Below are positions 51,765 to 64,000 of a stretch of 64,000 nucleotides of DNA, in pieces (within the stretch, counting starts at the first letter, position 1; each line of letters starts with the position of its first letter). The notes beneath the pieces are model-generated. The model was not told where the DNA came from and made no database searches. It saw only the letters and a list, made by a program, of their open reading frames with translations. The DNA lies in contig NEEC01000017.1 in NCBI GenBank assembly GCA_002189035.1, positions 1,674,001 to 1,738,000 of the forward strand, written 5' to 3'. The DNA comes from Utricularia gibba. Lineage: Eukaryota; Plantae; Magnoliophyta. Position numbers and translations under genes: made by a program.

Positions 51765-54248
51765 TCATCTGCAGCTGGATCTCAAATTGGTATACATACG
51801 TGAGCAAGCAGCAGAAAATTCATGGAGAGCTTGGAAGAGTTGCGGCAACTGTGTCTTGAGGCTCATCAGAGACTTGTCTCTGACTTGAAGGCATTGCCTC
51901 TGGTAAGCTTCTTCATCCTCCTTCAACTTACTCCGGGCAGCCTCCACAATGAGCTGCTTCTCGGCGATCAGCTCTTTGTCGTGAACCATCTCATCATCCG
52001 GTGCTCTCTTATGCACAAATTTCGTGTGCCAGCTCTCGAACTCTCTGCTTTTCTTGATGAGATCCTTGTTTGCCTCTACGCATTTGTTTCTGTATTCCAG
52101 CTCCTCCTTTTGGTGCTGATATATGGTTTTTATCACTCCTGCAAAGTTGCTGATTGCTGCTTTCGCTGGCTCATCTGAAAGCTTCTGGAGCTGATCATGC
52201 CACGCAGTGAGAAGATACAGAATAGGGCGAGCCCGGTTCTGAGCCAGCCTCTCGGGAGAGGAAGCCTTCTCCTTCCAGTGTATGTCTATTGGAATGAGAT
52301 TCAGCTTCAACCAGCTGGTAAGAGCGCTGATGTAGTCTTTCTGATGGGTCATTAGCTCACAGAAATTTGTGTGCCATTCCTGAACAACTCCACCCAACTG
52401 GCGCGTCCGTTCATGGTGGTGGTCACTTGTTTCACTGGGGCAGTTGCTGTTATCTAGCAGCTTCAAGGCTTCAACAATACTTGACTGCTTCAAATGGTGT
52501 ATTCTCATGGTATCCCACATTGTAGCCATCCTGTACAGCATCTCTGTGAGCATGTTTTCTTCCATAAGGAATATGCAGAAGAACATGGTAGCTCACCCTT
52601 CGACAAGAGCAATGAGTTTCGGGTATAGCTGCTCATCTCGGAGGCGATTGATTTCAGCAACTGTGGAATCCATGGACTGCATGTCGACAATGAATCTTGT
52701 GTGCTGTTGGCTGACCGCAGCCTTCATTCTCTCCAATGCTTCAGTGTTTGAACCACGTTTTTTCAACTTATTCAGGGAGGCAACCTTTTTTTGATACTCC
52801 AGCTTCATCTGCTCACCGGTCTGTTCATCAAGACATGACACAGGACACCATGAGAGGAATGTTCTTGCTGAAAAATTGACTAACTTATCACTTGAAGGGG
52901 CAGAAAACCAGTAGCAACTAAGAATCAGGTGAGAATCACTAAGCAAATATGACCAGGCCATTAAAACTCTATGCAAGATTGCTGCTTCTAGTGAGAATGC
53001 CCAAAAATCTAAGAGCATGCTCTCAGCAATGAGTTTGCGGCCATACATTATCCAATCAACTACAAAATGCTGTAAGAAATGGCAATGGAAACAATACCTT
53101 AATGATTCCAGGGAATGATCCACACCCTCAAGCTATTTAGGACCCAAAACTGACTAGCAACAGCAATAAAACAGAAGCAAGTAAAATACCTTGACTTCAT
53201 CATAAAGCTTCTTCTCCCAAGCTAGCATCTTGTCTAAAACACTTGCATGAGTTTCGTTCTCTTGGGAATCGAAGTCATCCGGCTCATTAGCAGCACCATT
53301 GGCTGAACCTTTGAAGGACCTATTCCATGTGATAACACGCATTATCCTGTCTGAATGATTAAAATTCCCTGCAAATAAACAACATAGCAATATGGTTCTC
53401 GTGTACAGCAACCAACAAAAAACAGCTATGAAATAAGCACCTCGCTGATCTGCAAAGTTTGAGTGATAATGCACTCTAGTTGCCTCCAGCATCCTAGAAA
53501 TCTCCTGAGCACTCTGGAAAGCTTTCAGGAAACAGTCATCAATTTCCAAAAGTATCTGAGCCAAGCTCACATTGCTGCTGCCCTTCACTGAACTGCTACC
53601 CCCTTTTTTCACTTTCTTTACAACCATTGACGTTGCAGGTTGTGGATGAAGTTCACTAGGAGGACTCTCCACCTCCTTCTCGGTCCGTGGATCCCCCAAT
53701 CCATGATCCTCCAATTCAGCCAATGAGGGATTCGCCTTGAAGTAATCCCAATGAGCCCCTTCGTTACTCATCTCCTGCTGCGGCTCATAAATCCCACCCT
53801 TCCGACTTCTACTTCGCCTCTTCAAAGTAGACTCATCATCCTCGTCCGTTTCCTCCTCAATAATCGTATCAGATCTCTTCATTTCAGATCGGTGAATTAC
53901 CAATTCCGGCATGGTAGCCGCCCGTTGAAGTGTAGAATTGAAGTTTGAGTTTGGCGGGGGAGGAGGAGGAGGAAGGTGCTGCTGCGAAGTCGCCGGACCG
54001 TCCATGCCCGAGGACAATAAGCCGAGACCAGAAGACACGGGAAGAGACACCGAGTGGGGAAGTTGTGTCACTTCACCAGGCGAGAAGTCGCTCAGGGCAG
54101 CGCCGGTATCTCTTAGGGAGACGGCGTTAGCAACGTGGGCAGCGGAGAACCTATTCCGGGAAGTCACCGATCGCTCCATCAACAACTTCCGGTCCTTGCA
54201 TCGAGTAACTGTCTCCTCATTCTCAATCTTCGACTGCACGCAGCCCAT
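51765..54248 (-). CDS. DUF630/DUF632 (NRG2-like) protein, 4 exons
   Basis: MGCVQSKIENEETVTRCKDRK (DUF630), a polyproline tract, WDYF, HASVLDKMLAWEKKLYDEVK and the DUF632 helical region. Confidence 0.92.
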
Positions 54249-55507
54249 ATACCCGACTTCCGGCGAAAATCAAGACTACCTTTTCCCCGCAAGGCGATCA
54301 AATTCCGGCGATGCTATATCGACCAGACCTGGAGAACAAAAAGACCACGATAAGAAGCAAGACAAGAAAGCACCGTCCCCACAACGCCATAAAGCAAAAC
54401 GGCGTCGTCCTATTATTTACTTTTTTTCCCCTTTAATAAAATAATTAATTAGGTAAAACTCCAGGTTAAAAGTATTACGCAATGAGATTTTGGAAGTCTC
54501 ATCTCAATGATTTTCGTAATATTTTATAAATTTAATAACAAAATTATGGAAGCATTTCATTTTGTTTCCAAAATAAAATATATAATTAATTATGAATTTT
54601 TCTAATTAAGAAAATATATTTTTTAAATTCCACATAGATTCATATAACATTATGGGATTTAATCAACCAAAAAAAAAGGAATTGGATTCCAACCCAAGAA
54701 TAGATTCCAAAGCCACTTCAAAAAGGAAAGTAAATTCCAAAAGAAGAGACTCATTTTACTTTTACTCTCTATTTCTTTGATGGATTTAGTTATAAATTAT
54801 ACTGTATTTACTTCCTAAATTCAAATAAATATAAAATTGAGAAATTAATTCTTTATATAAATTTTTATCAAAATTTAAATATTTTATATCATAATCCCAT
54901 AAACCAAATACTACCTAACATGCCCTAAAGACCACATCTTTATCAAGGGAGGCATAAGATTCTCTTTGTGGGGGAAAAAAATCAAGTGCAAATCTATAAG
55001 TTTTCTCATTCCAAATGGTCCTAATTTTTTTCACTTGTAGGGGTCTACTTCCTCATAGAAAGTTGGTCGGCCATCTTTAGTTTTTATTACAAATGTCATA
55101 ACTTATGATTTTTTTGGTTCGATTATCTAATCTTTATAGTTTTATGTTTTTTCATTTTGAAAAAGATTTTATATAAAATTAAAAGAATTTCTCTATTTAA
55201 GTACGTCTGTTCCTCCTGTTCATAATATATTGTAATCATGCCTTTAACCTTAAAATAAAAAATTGATAATAAAAAATGATATTTTCTGTATAAATGTGAG
55301 ATCATTTTTTCTAAATTCAACATCTGATATGGATCAATATTATAAAGGCCATTAAGTTTTGTAATTTATAGATATTGAATACATAAAAAATCAAATTGAT
55401 TGATATAAAATAGGACAAATTAATATATATTAAATGATTTTAACAATATTAATAAATGTTCACAATGATAACCCTAACATGATGATGCCCTCCGTCCCCT
55501 CCGAGTT

Positions 55508-56754
55508 TCAAGAACCCTGATTTCGATGAAGGCTTCTGAAAGTTTGGAGTTGCGCAACGAAGTCATCGTATTCAGGCAACTTGGGATGAACATGTGCGCT
55601 TCTTCTCTCCGGGGGGAAGGTTGCAGCTCTCCCATGCCTTCTAATTCCCGGATTCAGTGAAGTTTCTTTCGGAAGAGACGATGCTCTCCTCGTGCTGTGA
55701 TTCTGTAACGCCTCCTTGTACAAGTCATTTCCTGTTTTGTTAACAGATGTGGGTGATGCGGTATTAGGTATCACGTATGGCGGAGGAATGAACTTGAGCT
55801 TCATCTTGCTGCTGCGGGCTTCCTCTTCTTCTGGAGCTCTTTGTTCATCGTCAAGATTCGGTTTTTCTTCGGTTTCGAGAACCAGCTCATCCTGCGCAGG
55901 ATTCTTCATTGTTTCTTCCTCCGAGATTGTGGATTTCTCGTCGTGTGAATCGCAACCCTCCGCTAACTCTTGCATGAACTTCAGCTGGTGCTCTTCAGAA
56001 GGAGCCTCGGAAATCAGCTTCTTCAACTGGAAACTCGCAGTTTCCAATACACAAAACATGTTCATATTTGGAGGACTGAGCTTTAACAAAAAAGGAATAG
56101 GAAAATACCTTTTGGCTGACAAAGGAGGCATCTACAGAGCTCCCGTATCTTTTGCTAAAGAGAGTTCTAAGGTCTCTCAGTTCAGGTAAATCCCCAAACC
56201 TCGCTGCTGCGTACATCAGGGACGATACAGCTTCTTTGCAATCTTCTGGGCAGCCGTCCCTTCCATAAAATAATCATTATTAGTGATGCTAATGACGAGA
56301 TTAGTCATCCGCAAAGGAATCAACCATACTTTTGCTTTCTCATGGCTTCGAGATGAGTCAATACATGGGCGCAGAGATGGTGAACTAGCTCGTAGCAGTC
56401 CGATCTTCTCATCTCCTCCATCAGACCTCCAGTCTGTTCCACAACAAGAGACATTAGCATATCGAAACACAAACTGTTCTAATGCTGAAGATTGCAGTAT
56501 CTATAATCAGGATTGCCTTGCCGTAGGCGTTTGTGTTCAAGCCATTCCGGAGAAGCTGAATGATATCATTCTCCATGAACTTCTGCACAGCCTTCCTCTT
56601 TATCCTTATCATCTCAATCCGCTTCATCGTCTTCTTCACATACGACTTGCTGCACAAATGAACTCCCTTCTATGAACACGAAAAATCCATCCCAAACACA
56701 ATAAGACGCTTACCATTTCGAATAAAACCTGCCCTTCAACACCCTTTCGAACAT
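55508..56754 (-). CDS. IST1-like (regulator of Vps4 activity) protein, tandem copy A, 5 exons
   Basis: MFERVLKGRFYSK|CKSYVKKTMKRIEMIR...| CPEDCKEAVSSLMYAAARFGDLPELRDLR..F..RYG | ...HVHPKLPEYD. Intron 2 needs a GC donor. Confidence 0.88.
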
Positions 56755-58058
56755 TTTGCTCTCTCGATCGTTATCAAAGAAACACGAGCAGATTCCAGTG
56801 CCAGAGCCATCCCAGTCCTGGAGGCTTTTACATATGTACACTGCAGACTGGGGTGGGCGGTGGGGGTGAACGAAGAAAGGTAAAATGACTATTTTACCCT
56901 CGAACAGTAAATTGAAAAGTGAACAAATTTAGGTAATCCACACCGCAATGGCGTAGACGCGAAGGCTCGCCAGCTGTACCAAAATTTTCTTTTTTTAATG
57001 ACGTTAAATTAATAAAAATAACAATTTTAATTATACATTATTACTAAAATAGAAAATGTGTTCCCCGAAGAACTAGTTTAATTCCACTTAAAAAAATAAA
57101 AAGATTAAGGAAACAAAATACTATAGTTCACCCAAATTTGGAAATAAGAAGGAAAAAAAGGGTGTTTGATTCTTGTAATTAAGAATAATCCCTGTAATAA
57201 TTTGTATCCAAAAGGAGTAAAAAAGTTTTTAATTTTTATAATCGGTATTAAAAAAAGACGATATATATTTGGTATTTAATCCACGTGGCGGCCTTCCCCC
57301 CTAATTCACATAATCTGATTCCAGAATCCCCACAATCGGATTTCGAATATAAAATTACAATAATCAGCCCATTGGTCGGTTTGATTGATGCCAAGATTAT
57401 CAGGGGAAAATCAATGCCTTTTACCATTTTCCGTACAATCTCTTTGTATTCCTGGTCAAACATTCATGATTTCGATCTTTGGAAAATAAGTATTAGAAAT
57501 TCAGGATTTAAAATATAAGAATTTGAAAAATTGGTCATGGGATTTGTACATTTTTAGTTCTTTTTAATGTTAAATTAGTAACATTTGAATTAAAAAAGGT
57601 ATGAAAATATGAGATTAAAATGAAATGATCAACTATATAAAAAATTATAAATAATTAATAATCGATTGTATCCAATTTTTTTAATGTAATTTATATTTTT
57701 TGTTTGCTTCAATTTCATGTATGCTCATGAGATCAATCAAATACTTAGTTTCAATAGAATTGAGTAAATTGGAGTTTGATGATTGCAAGATTACCGGAGC
57801 AAATTCAACCTTTTTACCATTACCACAACAATCTCGTTGTATTCAGGATTCCAAGCCTTCGTCTTCAATGATTCTTGACCGTGGTAAAAGGTGAAAAAGT
57901 TACAGCGGGTTGGGCAGTTACCGGAGATGACGTCATAAATACTTTTTTAGGGGGTATTTATAAGTCCAATTTACGAATAATACGGAATTTTAATTTAACT
58001 ATTTTATTCGATAATGGAAATGAGGTTCTTGGCTGATAAGAACAAACCCTCCACGATC

Positions 58059-59433
58059 TCAGCAACCGGGATCTCGAAGGCCTCTCAGGCGCTCGAGGCG
58101 AGCGACGAGCTCGTCGTAATCGGGCAACTTGGGATGAACGTGTCCTTTTCTTTCCTCCTGTTGAAAAGATGCCGCTCTGCCGTACGCACTCCTCCCTGAA
58201 TCAAGCGCAGGATCAGTAATAGTTGGAAGAGATGACGCTCTGCTCGTTGTTTTTCCCTGTCCCCCATCTGCTCTCCTTTTGCTGTAATACTCCAACACCT
58301 CATCCAGCATCTCTTCTTCCCGGTCTGGATCGTTTCTCGTCCGAACGGATTTCACGTAGGGTGGGGGAATGAACCTGCCCTTTGTCACAGTGCTGTTGAA
58401 ATGGTCAGTTCCTGAAGCTCCTTGTGCTTCAAGACTTCGCTTTTGTGGAGTTTCGGGAATCGATTCCTCTTGCCAAACAGTCGGCTTTTCCTGCTGAGAT
58501 GCTTTGCTGGAGTGTAAGCCACAAGCATTGGTTAACTCTCGCATGAACTTCAGTTGGAGGTCTTTGGAAGGAACCCCGGAACTCAGCTTCTCCATCAACT
58601 GAAGCATCTCGCAGATTAGCAGGAAAGTAAGAAGAATCAAAAACCCTAACCCTAAAATGCGAATTTGTAGAACGAATATGGGAAAGAATATGTTGACTTT
58701 GACTGATTTCGTAAACGCACACCTTTTTTGTGATCGAAAAGTTAAAACCCTAAAAAAATAACTGAACAGAAGAATACCACCTGTTTGTTGACGAAAGCGT
58801 CTAGGGAGTTCCCGTATCTCTCGGAAAAGAGGCTTCTGAGATCCTTCAGCTCAGGCAAATCTGCAACCCGAGCCGCTGCGTAGCTCAGGGACGATACAGC
58901 TTCTCTGCAGTTTTCTGGGCAGTCCCTGTGTTCAATGATGTTAATGATGATGAGATCAATGGATGATTAATGAACAAAAACATCAAGACTATACTTTTGC
59001 TTGCTCATGGCTTCGAGATGAGTCAAAATATGGCTGCAGAAATTGTCAATCAGGTCATAGCAATCCGCCCTCCTCATCTCCATCATCAAACCCTCAACCT
59101 GCAGCAAGCCAAAAACACATTACCCTTCTTCCCTGCGAGCTCGGTTCAGTATTGTTCATGATTCTTTTTTTCTGGTTTATTACCCTGTCAAAGGCATTGC
59201 GCTCGAACCCTTTCTCCAGGAGCTCAATGATGTCACCCTTCATATATTTCTGCACCGCAACTCTCTTCCTCTTTATCATCTCGATGCGTTTCATCGTCGT
59301 CTTGACGTTCGATTTGCTGCAGAAGCAGGATGGATGGTGCAAGATGAACACCAGAAACTCCCAGATGGGGCAAAGAAGAATAAGATGCTTACCATTTCAA
59401 GAAAAACTTGCTCTTCAAAATTCCCTCAAACAT
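58059..59433 (-). CDS. IST1-like (regulator of Vps4 activity) protein, tandem copy B, 5 exons
   Basis: MFEGILKSKFFLK|CKSNVKTTMKRIEMIK...| DCPENCREAVSSLSYAAARVADLPELKDLR | ...HVHPKLPDYDELVARLERLR. The exon structure is the same as in copy A. Confidence 0.88.
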
Positions 59434-60997
59434 ATTCGCTCTCTGGATCCTCCTGGTAGCAGAAAAGCAAGGAATGAGGACGACACGAATTCTAAGAGGC
59501 AAGAGCAATCCTGGTTTGTGAAGGAAGGTTATAAATGCCCGTCCACGGCGGGAATAACTGTTAAAGGAAATGACGGTTCTATCCTCACGACTCCGCGTTG
59601 AAAGCGGGAGGACGTATCGGTAAATCCGGCGGTCAACGTGGAATTCGGAGACTTGACGTGGGCCCGAGGAAAATGCGCATCCATAGGAATTTAATTTGCG
59701 GGTTACCAAAAATAGGCCAACCGGTATCCGAACCGGATCCAGCCGTTCCGGTTCAATTAATAATCACGAGTAATTACCGAAAAAGAAAAAAATGCGAAAT
59801 TCAAATTCAAAAATCACATCTCAATACGCCTTAAATATAAATTAAAATTGGAAACTTTTTAGAGTTTATTTCTACTTTTTTAAAATTATTTTAGAAAAAT
59901 AAAAATAGATTATAAGTGATCTAGAAAACTGTAAAAATAAGATGTAAAAGTAGAAATAAAATTTAAAAGTAATATATTCATTACTTTTTTAATAATAATT
60001 TTTTTAATATAATTTTAAAATTATTTTTGATAGAATTAATTTTAAAATTAATAGTATTCTAGAATAAAATTTTAAAAAATAGAAATAGGTTTCAAAATTT
60101 TTTCAGTGCTTAATTCTATAGAATTCACTTTAATACATATTAATTTTATTTAATATAGGAGGTGATTTTTTAATTATTTTTAATCATTATTAATAACAAA
60201 TATGTATGGAAAACGGGCCATGAATACCCTGGCCCAATAATTTCCTCAGCCCATCAGGTCCAGACTATGAGCCCAAGTTATCTTACTGTACTGTTTTACA
60301 TCTTTCAATAGCATGATTAAAATCAATGAGAGCCCTGGTTACAAAATAAGTACAGCATGATGATGATTTTTCTCAGCAGAAGGCATGACAGGATGGACAT
60401 TATTGAAGAGCACATTTCTGAGCCCTCAATGGAATGAGTGACAAAGAAAACCAATCATCAAGTAGACAAACAGACAGGGTGGTTGTGTTGTGTGCATCTC
60501 TTTTGCCACAAACAACCAAAACCTTCATCATCACCATTTACCATTCTTTCATCATTTCTGTGGGTTGTTTCCTGCCCAAATCACATCATGAATATTGCTT
60601 AAGATGGAGATGAAACATGTTCAGGTGGGAGGAAAGATGACAATGAGAAATGAAGGATCATTAACACAACAAAGAGATCTCTTTGAACCCATTATTTTCC
60701 TGTTTGTGTAAGAACAAAACAAATGAACCAGAAAGAATTAACTGAATAATAGCAGCAAATTGGAGGCAGCAGTCTGTCCCCAACTCTTATTATTCTCTGT
60801 GCTGTTTACCCTCCATGAACAACATTACCTCTTTGCCTCCTCCACTTCAAGTGATAGGCTGATTTGAATGAATATTTGCAACTATAAACAACAAAGCCAC
60901 TTCACACCAGAACATGAAACATAGACATGTTTGTATAAACATCAATTCCAAAACCAGTAACATGATTGAGCTCATGTGCATTCTCTCCATCAAAATT

Positions 60998-61880
60998 TCA
61001 CAAAACAGCAGTTTCCTCCTTCAGCTTGTAGAGCAGTTTCCCAGATTGGATCTGATAAGAAGGGTCACTTTCAGCTTAGCGATTTGTGAGCACATTCATA
61101 TATGCAAGTAGAAGCAGGAGTCAGTAGCATGAAACACAGAGAATCTATAGTATATTTGGGAAGTTAATGCACTGAAAGCAGTGGCAGGGTATTCTTTTTC
61201 AACAAGAATCTTTCTTGTGACACCAGAAAACTTAAAACTTTTAAAGCAAAAGCTGCAGACAGTGCAACATTCAAACTTTTCAGCAGGAGAACTCTCACAA
61301 CGAAATATGGATGCCCAGATCCAAAAAAAAGAGAAAAAACTCAGGAATGGCATTGCAAACAAACAAAGAAATGATCAAGCTGAACCTTGGAAATAGTCTT
61401 GCTTATTTGTGCTCCTTCTTGAAGATCTTCACCTGGCGAAGCTAAACAATCTCTAGGAGTTTCAAATGAAGACAGCGAAAACTGCTTAGAAGCCAAGCTC
61501 ACATTGAAGTAAATCACCCCAGAGCTAGGAATATCCACACGGATTTCAATCACGGGAAGCCATAGAAATAAATCCTGTGCTGAAATTCCCGAAAGACCTT
61601 CGATCTGCCCGTACCGAAGTGTACCCGTTACATTCATACTGTAGAGGATCACACTCTCGAACTTGGTATTGCAAGCGTGATCCAAATGAACTTGGAACTT
61701 CCCAGAATCGTCCAAGCTGAAATTTTTCACCCCTTTAGGGAGCAAACCCATTGGGAGACCATAGTTCTTCAGAACCTGATAAACCGATCCCGATTCCGAA
61801 TTAGAAGCCGCCGCCATCAGCAATGAACAGCAGACGACGAAAGCCACCAGATGTATGATAAAATGTCGCAGTAACGGCAT
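60998..61880 (-). CDS. DUF538 family protein with an N-terminal signal or anchor sequence (second exon 60998-61051)
   Basis: Hydrophobic N-terminus, then VYQVLKNYGLPMGLLPKGV, G.L.YGQI..LSGI..QDLFLWLPV and QF.LSSFETPRDC. Confidence 0.85.
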
Positions 61881-62714
61881 TTTCAGATATTCCCAACTAT
61901 CCAGAAACTGAAACCCCCCGCTCTCCCGGCTCCAACCGCACCTATATCGGCCCTTTGGCGGCGGCGCAAGAACAACAGCGCCGGAGAGGAAAAAATCCCA
62001 ATCTGCGAACAGGGATTTATCAATTATTGGTGGTGAAGCAGCGGCAGAGTTTTACAACTTGGGGAGAAGATACCCTGAGCACAAGCTGGACACACCGCCA
62101 AGGAGTGGGCGACGGACGGCGTGAGTGGACGCTTCTGATTGGTTGGAATATAGCAAATTATCGCCACGCGCTAGGCGGCGAGTCGGGAACACACGCAAGT
62201 ACGATGAATCAGAACCGCGTGGTCCACTCTGCGGTAGATTTACAACAACAGTAGAAAATTCGTATTCATTACTCAAACATGAAATTACGGTCCTATCCTC
62301 GAATCATAAGTAATATTACTGATTTATCCTCCAAAACCTAATGGTCGTTTAATTAACGAGCATTTAAATTAAATATATTTAAATTTACTCAAAAAATTAA
62401 TTAATTTTTTTAATTTTTTTAAAATACGAAATGTGAATTTAGATTTGGATAAAAAAGCTGTAATTATTGCTAAGAATGTGAGGGGCTTCCCGTAATTTAC
62501 TCCGTTTTTTACTCCTCCGACCTCTGCATAATAACGATCCAGACATGACACACAGTACGGAAATCATTTGAGCTTTTCGTCAAACACCTTGAGATCAATA
62601 CCTCATTTTTCCGCCGCCGGTTGATTCTCAAAGTCATGTTTGATCGGTGATTTCTTCACCGCTCTGATTTTCGTGGAATTCGAGACCGCGTCTTCTCTCG
62701 GTTACACCGGATCG

Positions 62715-63184
62715 ATGTCGACAATGGCGGCTTCCGAGCTTCGTCGAGTGTTCTCAATGTTCGACCGGAACGGGGACGGTAAAATCAGCCGCAAAGAGCT
62801 TAGCGAGTCGCTAGAGAAGCTAGGGATCCACATCCCGGACAAGGAGCTCAAGGTAATGCTGGAAAATATCGATGTGAACGGCGATGGATACGTGGACGTC
62901 GAGGAGTTCGGCGCGCTGTACACGGCGATAATGGAAGGGACGACAGGGGAGACGAAGAGGACGACATGCGCGAGGCGTTCAAGGTATTTGATCAAAATGG
63001 GGATGGATTCATAACCGGCGATGAACTTTGGACCGTGCTCGCGTCTCTCGGATTGAAGCAAGGGAGGACTCTTGAGGATTGCAAGCGGATGATCACGAAA
63101 GTCGACGTCGACGGCGACGGACGAGTCAACTTCGACGAGTTCCGGCAGATGATGAAGCAAGGCGGGTTCGCGGCATTGAGTTGA
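62715..63184 (+). CDS. Calmodulin-like protein (CML3/CML5 type, 4 EF-hands, intronless) with an apparent 1-nt deletion at 62937-62939
   Basis: EF loops [12 protein letters not shown] and [12 protein letters not shown] lie in one frame; [12 protein letters not shown] and [12 protein letters not shown] lie in the -1 frame. The protein ends GGFAALS*. Confidence 0.9.
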
Positions 63185-63469
63185 GTTAATCCGACGTCGT
63201 TTGCCGATAGATTTGTTTCCGATGGCATGGTATGTGTCTCATCATACGATGTACATGTGACATGAGAAAGATTTGGTTTGGCTTTCCAAAATGGTGTAAA
63301 AATGGTTTTGCTATCTACATCTCCATTTCCTTTTTTGGTTGAACATAAAGGGCGGGCTGGGGCTTAGTGGGCTATAGGCCCAATAATATAGGCCCATTAG
63401 GAATAAATGGGCTACATGGCTGGTCGATGCCCGTACTTCACTGATTTTGACAAGTCTCCGTGTTGTCAA

Positions 63470-63706
63470 TGTGAACGGTCACTGGATTTGGCGCATGAAT
63501 TGATTCTCCGGTCAAGATGGCAAAAGTCCTCATTTTCCTCGTCAGCGAAACCTCTTTTGTTCCTTTGTTGACTTGGCCTTCCCTGCGAAAGACTCAGGGA
63601 GATCATCGCAGGGCAAAGCTTTGATCACCGAAACTTCTGGGAAGTCTCTCCAGAGGCGAAGAAACACCGGTCAAGTGTAAAACTTCCAGTATATGATTCA
63701 CATGAG
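63470..63706 (+). other. Probable first (5' UTR) exon of a further gene
   Basis: A site-II motif cluster at 63350-63415, then a GC-richer segment ending in a strong donor (GAG|gtaagg, 63706/63707), followed by T-rich intron-like sequence to the window end. The start coordinate is approximate. Confidence 0.4.
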
Positions 63707-64000
63707 GTAAGGTGTTTTGTTTCCCTGCGTACCTGTTTCGGGAATTTTCTATGTCCGAGGTATATTTTAATTATATGTGATTGTGCATTTGTTGTTTTGT
63801 TGGGTTTTGCGGCTTTGATCTTCATACTTGTGGTTACTCACTCATTGTGGTTATTGAAGATCGTTGTTTCTTTTTCTTGGTATTATTCTTTGGTGCTCAG
63901 GGACTCCAGTTTTTCTGTTGTAGTTGATGCGGCAATAAACTAGTGCTTTGTGTTAGAATTATTGAGGTTGTTGTCGTGCAGATTTTTGTTTGTGGGATTG

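Noticed and set aside
57808-57892. Imperfect inverted repeat (acctttttaccat / gtggtaaaaggt) downstream of IST1-like copy B
   Set aside because: The arms are short and the interior does not pair, which is not enough for a miRNA precursor or MITE call.
58641-58658. AAACCCTAACCCTAAA, a telomere-like sequence (also near 6436, 8150, 12957, 42971 and 58745)
   Set aside because: Only one or two units each. These are telo-box-sized motifs, not an interstitial telomere array.
60357-60421. ATGATGA...CTGA spacing like a C/D box snoRNA
   Set aside because: There is no terminal stem and I could not recognise an rRNA or snRNA complement. Such boxes arise often by chance.
1-64000. Prokaryote-type systems (CRISPR arrays, operons, prophage, organellar insertions)
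   Set aside because: All coding content is spliceosomal-intron plant nuclear sequence. I saw no regularly spaced repeats or plastid/mitochondrial-like segments.

Overview
Plant (eudicot) nuclear DNA with high gene density: about 19 protein-coding genes in 64 kb, mostly 70-150 nt introns, and very AT-rich spacers. In order: REC3/TSS-like CLU-TPR gene (-, 3' end runs off the window), FPG DNA glycosylase (+), HUS1 (-), RPB10 (-), CUE-domain protein (-), PTI1-like receptor-like cytoplasmic kinase (-), small unknown protein (-), phospholipase D alpha (-), SHINE/WIN1-type ERF (+), glyoxalase-I-like VOC protein (+), (6-4) photolyase UVR3 (-), coatomer beta' (-), RTEL1 helicase (+), LEA_2 protein (-), DUF630/DUF632 protein (-), two tandem IST1-like genes (-), DUF538 protein (-), calmodulin-like CML (+), and probably the first exon of one more gene. 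I found no tRNA, rRNA, CRISPR array or intact transposon. The most notable items are: (1) duplicated, mutually exclusive exons in FPG separated by only 45 nt; (2) four genome-maintenance genes within 42 kb, with FPG and HUS1 tail-to-tail; (3) four clear, and one possible, single-base deletions in purine runs that frameshift otherwise intact genes, most likely sequencing errors; (4) a duplicated decoy splice acceptor and alternative C-termini in coatomer beta'; (5) two GC-AG introns; (6) a degenerate MIM1 motif in one IST1 paralogue. All gene names come from my recognition of motifs by eye; no database search was run.
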